This document shows positions 12,291 through 21,903 of a stretch of 64,000 bases of DNA, one piece after another. A program made the position numbers and the translations under genes. Position 1 is the first letter of the stretch. Every line of letters starts with the position of its first letter. Source of the DNA: Paragordius varius (taxonomy: Eukaryota > Animalia > Nematomorpha); NCBI GenBank assembly GCA_964247055.1, contig OZ176057.1, forward strand, positions 5,332,001-5,396,000, given 5' to 3'. The notes under the pieces were generated by a model. The model was not told the DNA's origin and did not search any database. It saw only the letters and a list, made by a program, of their open reading frames with translations.

Positions 12291-15200
12291 ATATCATTTG
12301 TTTTTACAAATCATATTATTCACCGGCTCTTTTTATAATTCATTTTTTTATAAACATGTTTTATTAATATTATACAGTTGTATTTAATATCATTAATAAA
12401 TAAGCTGTTTTTATCACTTTTAAATCATAAATCTTTAATTGATAAAAATGTTTTGAAATATTTATGTGGTATAAAACATATGGTTTCATAATACATTTAA
12501 ATTAATCAATTAAACATTATATTTTAACAAAAACAGGTGGTATAAAAGAAAACTTTCAAAATAATTTTGCAAGCGAAAAAAACTTTATTTTTATTAATGA
12601 TAATTAAAATTCCTAAAATTGATTTTTTAAAAGATAGTTGATTGAATATTTAATGGGGAAAGTTTAAACATTTTTAATGGCGTTTATCGTATAAATCAAC
12701 CTTATATATTCATATAATGTAACAAATCTCAAACAGATGAAATATATTTATTCCATAATTTAATTTAGAACATTTGCCTTAATTTCCGCTAAAACTGAAA
12801 GGAATTAAAAAGAAGACGTTATTTCGAATTTTCCCAAATATATGGTAATTATTTTTACTTTTTTTAAACAATTGATTTTTTAAAATTTTGCAGTTAATTA
12901 TTATAAATAATTTTTACTAAAAATGCTAATTTTTACAATTACATTCTAATTTTTTTAATTGATCTTGTAAAAGAATTCAATATATATATATATATATATA
13001 TAAACCGCAAAAGTCAGCTGTTTAGTTTTGCACTTATGAATTTAAATCCTAAAACTCTTTAAAAACCACTTTAAACTCTTTAAAAAAGCGATATTTTTTT
13101 TAAATAAAATTTTTTTCTAAAAACTACTAAACTAAAAAAGGCTAAATTTTTTTAAAAAGGCCATAATATTTTTAAATCAAAAAATGCGCTGAAATTTTAT
13201 AAAAACTACTAAAATTATCTAAAAGCCATTTTTTAAAAAAGACACGAATATTTTTTGAAAAACTATTAAAATCTTCTGAAAACCGCCAAAAGTCTCTAAA
13301 AGTCGCTAATTTTTCTCAAAACTGCAGAATTATTGATTTCGCAAAAACACGTCACAACTGTTGATTTTATTAATTTCATTATTTTAACCGATTGTTAACC
13401 ATTAAATAGCGTTTTTTGTAAAATAATTATTTAATTTTTATTTTTTTAATTTAGAATATGTTGCCTCAATTATTTGCGCAAAACTAATAAGAAAATTATA
13501 GCTAGAATATTTGGGGATTGGGTAATTACTATTTGCATTTTATTGTTTAATCATTTTTTAATCACCAATTGTTTTACTTATTCAGTTGTTTTTATAAGTT
13601 TTGTTTCACGTGTTTAATCTATCGTTTATAAATCATTAATATGTTTATCAATTGTTTTTATGTAAATAAATATCTTTTTATCTGATTTAATCAATCGTTT
13701 TTACTTTCAAACATTAATGTTTAAAAAATTTGGCAAACTAATTTATATAACCAGCTGGAAATTATTTCGAATAATAAATTGTAGAATAAATTTTATTCGT
13801 TTTATGAAAAATTTTTTTTGATCATTCAATTATTTTACATTTTTTTTATTTTGATATAGATAAATGTGTTGTTTCTAAATTTTGCTACTCAAAAACGCTA
13901 AGGAAACGTAATGAAAAAGCTTAATTGAATATTAAGGATCGATTTGGTAATTATATATAAATTATTAATTTTTAAAACATACATATATTGACTAATTAAA
14001 TATTTTATTATAAATTAATTAATTATTCAAAATAATTAGTTGATATTAAAATACTTTATATATATATAAAACACAATTGATTTAAAAACATGGCTTATAA
14101 CCTTATTAAAAACGACTGTCTAATTATAAAACTCTTATTTATTAATCAGCTGATAAAATTGAACAAAATTAATGATTTTTTATTTAATCAGTAGTTTTGA
14201 TATACACCTTATTTAGTTAAAAATAAATATTTAGCTAAGATTATTAATAAATAATTAATTTTATTTAAATTAGGGGCCAAATTTTAAGTAAAAACCTTCT
14301 AAACCTTATTATTTTTTTACAAAATCAACCGATTTTTAGTTTTAATATAATTAACCGCAAAAGTTGTTTATATTGATAATCTATTTTTAATTTTAAACTT
14401 TTTAAAAAAGTTTTTTTGTTTTAAACTGCAAAGCCCGCTTTTCCACTAATTATTAATTTTTATCAAAAATCTTTACATAAAGTTATAATTGTTCCTTTAA
14501 TTTTTATTGCAAAATAAAAACATTTTGTTAATATATATAACCATTTTTATGGATCAGTTAGTTTTTTTTTTCAAATAAGATATTTATATTTTGGATCCTA
14601 AATTACAATATATTTTTGAATTGATGATTTACTATTTAACTTTATATCTTATTTTTAGGAAACAATATAGTAGCCTCTTGATTGCTGGCTGCCATATCCG
14701 TTAAACTATTTAGGTATATATTTTTCATTACTTTTCAATTTAATTATGCATTTTATTTGAATGTTTTTATCTCTTTTTTTAATTTTTTAATTCTTTAACA
14801 TTGTTACTAATTATGAGAGGGGGGAATATTAATTATAAAAAAGTTTTGAATCATTTAAATTTATTTCTTTGTCGTATTAAACTTGAATAAATGAGACAAA
14901 ATGCACTTAACATTGGACCTTTCTTTTGATTTGTTTTTATAAAAAAAGCTTTGAAATGTTTTATTATTTTGCTATCTACATCTTGACCCTTTTGTTTTAC
15001 ATATCATCAACACATTGTCTTTTAAATAATTTTTATTAATCTTGTATATTTCTTTAATTTAATTTGTCAGAATATCTTTGAGTATGTATAATTTTATTTT
15101 TTTCTAGAAATATCCTAAATTTTTTCTAATGGCAAACTTTTGTTGGCTTACTGTAATATTCCTCAATATTAAAACACAAAACAATAATGTTTATTATTTT

Positions 15201-15302
15201 CCCTTCCACATGTAAATGCATTTATGTATGTTTTTTAATGGACAAGATTTTGGAATATTTGCAATATTACATTTACAGTGTAAGGTTTAATAACTGTACG
15301 CG

Positions 15303-15362
15303 TTTCGAGTTTGTGGGCTAGGGTTAGGGTGAGGGATTGGAGTTGGTTCATTTTCGCATTTC
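15303..15362 (-). repeat. Inverted, internally deleted copy of the hairpin/G4 element
   Basis: GGGCTAGGGTTAGGGTGAGGG on the plus strand; degenerate copies at ~15505 and ~16050. Confidence 0.85.
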
Positions 15363-16495
15363 TTTTCATTTGATAATTGTGAATTTTCTTATAGTTAACA
15401 AATGATTTTGAATTAAGAGTTAATTAAAAAACCGGAATCTTAAATATATGATAAACCTGTCAATATATACATTAGGATTTTATGGCTCATTAAAGTTTAT
15501 TTAAGGTTTTCGAGTTTGTGGTTTAGGTTAGGGGATTAATCGTTTATTATAGAATCCGATTTATTTTTTAAAATCTAAATCTAGCTAAAATCATAATTTT
15601 ACAGGTATTTTTGGAACAAATAAAAATCGTTAAAACTTTCTAAAACAGCTAAAAAATTTAAAAACCGGTTAAACTAAAAACATTAAATTCTTCTAAAAAA
15701 CACGATCTCAAAAAAGACACACAAAAAAACACTGAAACTTTCTAATTAAACCAGTAAAATATTTTTAAAAATTGCTAAGTTTTTTTAAAAAAACACTTTG
15801 AAATTCTCTAAAAAACCGCTAAAATTTTCCAAAAATCAGTAAATTTTTTCAATGAATACCAAAATTTTTTAACAAGATATTCAAAAAACATCAATAAACT
15901 TTTTAAACAAACATTTGCAAAAAGCACCAAATCATAACAAATCCAAGTTTATAAAATCCTCTAAAAACCCCTAAATTTTGTAAATACCGTATTGAAAATT
16001 TCCACAAAAATATGTCAATTGTTTAATTAACAACGCAAGGTTAAATGATTTTGACTTTGTGGGCTAGAGTTAATGTGAGGGATTGTAGAGCTTAATATGA
16101 TAGATATTGTAAATTTTATATTTTAATTGTTTGAGGTTTTAAGTTTGCCACTGAAAAAAGCTTATAAACCACAAAAATTTGTTATTAAAAACCGCTAATT
16201 GGTTAAACGAGCAAAAAAAGTTATTTTTACTTTATAAATCAAATAATATTGTATTTATTAATTATCTATTAATATATTTTAGATTTCAAAAATTACTTAC
16301 GCACAAAACTATCCAACAATTTAAAATAAAGAAGCTAATGACCAGACACCAACAACAAATTGACACAAGATCAAAAATCAATAGACAAGAATGAAAATAT
16401 CAAAGAAATTGATTAATTTTTATATAAATAATATTAATAAATAATCTAAATATATTATCATTTTTTCTTTGAAAAAAAATTAAAAAATATCAATA

Positions 16496-16530
16496 AATAT
16501 ATATAACCCCCCCCCCCCCCCAAAGGGCGA
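16496..16530 (+). promoter_or_regulatory. TATATATA(A)-C12-16-AAAGGGCGA motif upstream of hairpin A
   Basis: C15 at 16507-16521, C16 at 42349-42364, C12 at 62058-62069; AAAGGGCGA also follows the TATA box of the unit 3 promoter (52595-52603). Confidence 0.35.
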
Positions 16531-16552
16531 GAAAAAAAAATTAAAAAATATT

Positions 16553-16618
16553 CTAAGTCCAAAATTTTATTTTGAGCGTCCGGGAGTAAGAGTGCTCAAA
16601 ATACAATTTTGGACTTGG
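16553..16618. ncRNA. Pre-miRNA-sized hairpin A (23-25 bp stem, 16 nt loop); RNA status unproven
   Basis: AAGTCCAAAATTTTATTTTGAGC / GCTCAAAATACAATTTTGGACTT; copies at 42398-42459 and 62101-62166; left arm and loop invariant. Confidence 0.35.
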
Positions 16619-16625
16619 GGGCCTG

Positions 16626-16823
16626 CAACAAACTCTCATTATACTTGTGGAGAGTTTTTGCGCCAACTCTCTAATGGGAGGAATGAGCCCTCCTTCACGC
16701 GAGTGGGAAAAAAAACTTTTCAAAAGAGCTCACCATCCCCACCCTTGTAAAGGAGGATTTATTCCTCCCATTAGAGAGTCATTTGACCCAAAAACTCTCC
16801 ACAAGTATAATGAGAGTTTGTTG
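16626..16823. other. ~200 nt long inverted repeat (hairpin B) overlapping the end of the GC-rich frame
   Basis: CAACAAACTCTCATTATACTTGTGGAGAGTTTTTG..ACTCTCTAATGGGAGGAAT pairs with ATTCCTCCCATTAGAGAGT..CAAAAACTCTCCACAAGTATAATGAGAGTTTGTTG; copies at 42469-42667 and 62174-62370. Confidence 0.95.
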
Positions 16824-17404
16824 TGCAATCATCCCCAATGAGATCCATGAGTGCGTCTTGCCATCCATCAGCTCCAGGCACGATTTGCCTTCTCCCCATC
16901 GCCTTGTTTCAGGTATCGTGGACATTCCCAAGACCTTCATCCCAACAGATCTCTCTTCCCCAATGTGCCAAAGTCCATCAACACCTAAAAATTAAGATTA
17001 CCTAGCAATAAAGAAGTTCCTCTTCCTGTGTCGCTCCATCAATCGTCCAGTCCCAAATCCCCAGCATTTGATCTGTCCAGGGCTGCTAGATTCCCCAATG
17101 TCCGCTTTTCTCGCGGAGTTTATCCCATTACACCTAAATGATAGATTTACCTCATAAAAGATCCCTTCGGTTCGTCCGTTCATTCACTCACGAATCCTTG
17201 GTTGCTGGTCTTGAATCACGTTCCCATCCCTGGTTGCCATTGGAGAAGAAGGCCTAAAGCCTTCAAATTAGCTCTTCCAACCAGCCTTCCCATATAATTT
17301 TTTTTCTGATTGCAATCATAGGCGCTTATATTTCCCAATACATCCATATATGTACTCTGGTTTTCCAAATTGCAAATTACATAAACTAACAATTTTATGG
17401 ACAC
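16771..17404 (-). other. GC-rich 199-codon reading frame with two 17-nt GT-AG introns (17134-17150, 16985-17001), interrupted only by four TGA codons; unknown product
   Basis: Exons of 254+132+214 = 600 nt splice in frame from GTG 17404 to TAA 16771-16773; TGA at 17216-17218, 17180-17182, 16978-16980 and 16909-16911; no TAA or TAG in frame. Confidence 0.55.
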
Positions 17405-17760
17405 CTAAACTTGTCCTTAAATTTTCTTTTTAATTAATTTTGATTTTTTTTATTAACTCAGTTCTATGTTATATGCTCTCTTTATCTATTATATCAGCGG
17501 AATTGGTTGGAATATGCTAATATATTTTATATGGGTTGCTATATAATTAATGTATTGTTTGCATAAATATGATATATTAATTTTTGCACATGGAACGCAC
17601 AATTTCATTTAATTTATCTGATTATCACTAGGATTATACCGATAAAGTTATTCCACGGAAATTTTAACCCTCTTATTAATGAAAAATTTATGGAAATTCT
17701 TTATTACATAAGAATCATGTCATTTTATATATGACTTCAAAATTTTAAAATATTCCTAAG

Positions 17761-17995
17761 ATGTGGGATATGTAATTTGCCAGAAACACCAATTACGCTA
17801 AAGATTTTAACTTGCACAGTATATTAAATTATAAATTTAATTTAGGTTGACGTGTGCATAGATGCTGGAAAACGATACGATCTATCAAGGGAGAAATTAA
17901 CAGTACTACTCTTGTATTAACCAAAGTGTTTCTATACCAAATGATTTGTTATGGATCATCTGATGGTGTAATCCTACCTGTTAGAATCACTTGGA
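17761..17995 (+). pseudogene. Cys/His-rich zinc-finger-like exon remnant with a 27-nt intron
   Basis: Exon 17761-17818 reads CGICNLPETPITLKILTCT (unit 2 has an in-frame 6-nt insertion giving TLTHKILTC); GT-AG intron 17819-17845; downstream open frames; present in all three units. Confidence 0.3.
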
Positions 17996-19582
17996 TGCTT
18001 CTTGAATGTTGATCATCTTTAATTTGAAATTTTCTAATTAACTGTTGTTTATAAAATAAATTTTTAAATATTATTTTAGCTATTATTTGTAATATATTTT
18101 ACGTTAAATACAATTTCGCTTATATGTAAAAAATATTCGAAAAATTGTATGATCGCAACTAAAGATAAAGTAACGGGGTGCGATTTTTTGCAAGAATTTA
18201 TCGTTAAAATGGATATGACAAACATTTTTTAGATATCCCACCGGTAAATTTATAGATATATAATTGTTTTATTTAAAAATTGAATTGTAATATATTATAT
18301 ATATATATATAAAATATGATATCAGTTATTTAAATAATTGGCAAAAAACAACCATACATTTTAAACATTGCAAAGTAGGAAATATTCATGTAAATTGTTA
18401 GCTCATCATATAAGTACATTACAATTTTCATTTTTTTCACTATATATATTTATTGCGTTAAATAAATTTCGTGAATTTGTTCGATAAGGGCAAGTTAATT
18501 AAACAACTTAAAAAACCAGGATTGTAATAACATAAATTAATAAGCTAAATAATATAAATTTATTTATTTTCTGTTAAATATTTCACAAATATTTATATCA
18601 TATCACATAAATAACTCAGTTTATTTTCATGTAAAAGGCGTGTTTTCTTTAAAGGGATTAATAAATGCTACAAAATATCCATGCAAATTATAGCCTTTCG
18701 ATGACCAGAATATTCTTTAACACCTATAGTTTTAAAGGCGTCTCCAGAATTCAGTAATTTCCAAAGCCTGGCTTTCCCGTCACTGCAAGCTAAAAAATAG
18801 AGAAAAATCACGTAAAAATAGTTATAGGAGAAAAATTAATAAATACTAACTCTTTAGAACCGTGGACGAAAAAAAGATGGTTATAAAGATAATATTTTTA
18901 GTGTTTTTAAAATAATTACAAGGTTGGTGATAACTTTATTTTATTATATGTTTTCTATTTTATTTGAAATAAAAGTAAAATATTTATTTATATTAAAACT
19001 ATAAAAATAAAACCGTTTTGTCCGAAAACTTTTCGATATAAAATCGTAAAAAACAGAGTAAAAAGGACTTTAGAACAAAAAAAACTTTTGTTTGACTCTC
19101 AATATCTGTAAGCAAATTCTAAAAGGGAAAGAAAAATATAATTTAAAACCAACCAGTTAATAAATATCTGTAAGATGTAAGCATTTTTCCATGAGCGCTA
19201 TTCATATTATAATGTTTATTGATTTTGGCATCCAAATTTAAATCAGCAGGCATGGAAAATTCTGAACTTAGGAATCGCGAACACCAAACCCATTTATTAA
19301 CAGCTGGGTGTTCTAATTTCCAACATCCTAGTAGGAATATTATTATAATGTAATGTAAAAATAATTATTTTCCTTTTTTTTAGCAATGGTAAAAGATTTA
19401 GAAACTAATTTTTTTTCTTACAAATTACCCATTCATATGAAGAAAAAAAAACAGAATTGAATAAAAATTTTAATTTTTTTAAAAAAACATATATATAATA
19501 AATATCGTCAACTATAAAAAAAATTAAACACATATCCGTACGAATTATTCAACCACACGCCTATATATAAATTTTTAATCTA

Positions 19583-19857
19583 AATATACCATTTAGACTT
19601 CAAATTTACCATGGAACAATTCAATTCACCCTAAAATAAATTATGTGTTCTTTTAAGTTTAAAAATTACCTATTATTTGTTTAAAAAATTAAATTTTGTT
19701 CGTAAATAAAATAATACTGAAAAAATAATAAATTATGCACCATAAAGATATGTTTTATATAAATGATGAGTTATATTAGCTGACCGAAAACACATCATTT
19801 ATTTTTAGAGTAAATTTGAATTGTTCAAGGCTGATTTTAAATAGTAAATGGTATATT
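19583..19857. mobile_element. MITE-like element, same family as 78-403
   Basis: Inverted termini AATATACCATTTA..TTCAAATT / AATTTGAATTG..TAAATGGTATATT; orthologous copy at 45373-45640. Confidence 0.55.
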
Positions 19858-20452
19858 AAACTATTAATTTAACTAAATTATATGTTCTATATAAAAAAAA
19901 ACACAAGGTTATAAATTATCTTCTATTAGCTTATTATCTAAAGCAGGAAAATTAGCTCGTGTAATATTAAAAAAATATTAAATACCAAATTATATTTACA
20001 TAATCTTAGTGGTAATTTATTATTTCAGGTTGTTTCATGGTTAAGTCTTTTCAATTTTGGCAATCAAGTAGTAAAAATTGATAATAAATGGATGGTATAT
20101 CGTAAATTCATTACAGTATAGCCCATTTATTTTGGCAATTTTATGAATATATTTCAATTCCAAATATCGTAAAATATATACAATCAAAACTTATTATATA
20201 TATATATATATAAATTTAATTTATACGGAGAAAATGTAAAAATATAATAAATTTTTTTCTTCAAAAGACAACCCCAACTTTTTAATTTATCTTAAATAGC
20301 AATCGTAAAATATGTCATTAATTGTGTTACCAATATACGTCTCTATTTTATAATTTAAATTTAAAACAATGAGTTAATTTAAAAAAATAAAGGTTTAAAC
20401 AGTATGGGGTTGTTTTTTAGAAAAGAATATTTGTCTTTATATATTAAATTTT

Positions 20453-20490
<38 letters not shown>

Positions 20491-21742
20491 GTTTGTGTAT
20501 ATAATGATTTAAAAAAGAGCATACAAAGAATTCGACCTAACAATAAATCAACAAATCTCCTATCAAGGCTAATTTTAACAAAGATTAAAAAAAATTATTT
20601 TTTCAAAAAAAAACGGTTAATCTAAACTTTAGAATCAAGTTAAAATAATGTAATTATTTAAGAACCATTTTATAATTTCAAATCAAATTCTTAACCCTGA
20701 TATTTCCCAAATTCAATTTATGGTTAAATTGAAAAAAATGTTTACTGCCTACATATTTTACCTTGATTTTGAGATAACCTTTCTTTGAAACTTTCATCGT
20801 GAGTGTTTGAATTCTCAAAAGTATTTCTCCATACTAAAGTTTGGCCTTTATCCGTACAAGTTGCTACATATCTAAAATAATAATACAGTAAAAATAAAGA
20901 CAAAAAACGTACGAAAAACCCTTCATTATAAGCTCTCTATCGCTTTGAGTTACAAATTAATAAGAGAGATGTAAATTGTTAATAATATATTATTTTTATT
21001 TCACAATCTTAATCGTAGACCAACAAAGTCCTATTGCTATAACGTATTCGCAATGTTGGCTGGGCCATAAAAATGCGTCGACGACAAAAGACAGTTTTCT
21101 AATGATTTTAAACATGTGTGTTACGTTAAAAATTGCCTCAAATAACCATAAAGTATAAATATTATGAATATAAATTACTTTGTAATATGAAAACTCAGAT
21201 CAAAAGCCTTACCCTTGATAACAATCTTAATCATGATGATTATATGAAATTAATCAAATGATCAAATTATAGCTCTTTAAATATATAAATATGTCGTTTT
21301 AATATACCTTAATTTAATTGTTATTCAGATGATGATAATATCAGAAATTCGTAAAAACAAAACAAGCTTACAACTTTTTTTCTAGAATTTTAGATCTAAA
21401 AAAAGCCAAAAAAGTAATTTTCAAAACAAAATAAGATAAAATAACTTTGCATCAGGTGAAAATGAACAATTCAATACGTATTGGTTCATTTGTTCCGTCT
21501 TGCTTTGGAAACAATGTTGATTCGTATTAAAATTATCAAAGCTTTGTAGTAATAAATTACCATTATCATCATTACAATGTAAAACTTCGTCGTCCGAAGT
21601 TGGCCCATCACTGTTTACAATATCCTTCTTATTTTGACTTATTTGGGCAAAATTTTCACCGTTCTTTTTATCTGATAAAACGATTAAACTTTTTGTTAAT
21701 ATTGTCAACGAGAACAAATATTTTATGTTAAAATAATAGAGT

Positions 21743-21903
21743 GAATTCTTGTAAAAGATATTATTAAATTAAACTATATCCAAAATTTCCTAATGGATTA
21801 AGTAAAACAAAAGAAAATAATTGTAATAAGATACACATTGAAAAAGATACCATGTATCGACAATTTTGGATATAGTTTAATTTAATATCTTTTACGAGAA
21901 TTC
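21743..21903. mobile_element. Short foldback/MITE-like element with ~40 bp inverted termini inside LST8
   Basis: GAATTCTTGTAAAAGATATT..AAACTATATCCAAAATT versus AATTTTGGATATAGTTT..AATATCTTTTACGAGAATTC; copy at ~47512-47658. Confidence 0.5.

Larger units (their letters stand above)
9030..14713 (+). pseudogene. Multi-exon plus-strand gene of unknown family (pseudogene or lncRNA) with satellite-filled introns
   Basis: GT-AG bounded exons 9178-9241, 9291-9379, 9424-, 13455-13521, 13860-13946, 14659-14713. The first three splice in phase (YTQYANQTGNGETDYILNDFRTMYSENMLRLIV*PKWEIELLPFSLINSDGIKICSE*KNT) but contain in-frame TAA and TAG. Confidence 0.55.

Noticed and set aside
16553-16770. SECIS element explaining the in-frame TGA codons
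   Set aside because: No RUGAN..(AA)..NGAN kink-turn with an 11-13 bp upper helix was found downstream of the stop on the minus strand; non-canonical SECIS not excluded.
16875-16905. Walker A motif (WGEGKS) suggesting parvoviral NS1
   Set aside because: It lacks the first Gly of GxxxxGKS and lies in a different frame from the spliced ORF.
17405-17421. Third 17-nt intron before GTGTCC
   Set aside because: No GT at the 17-nt position and the AG context is lost in unit 3; at most an acceptor of a longer intron.
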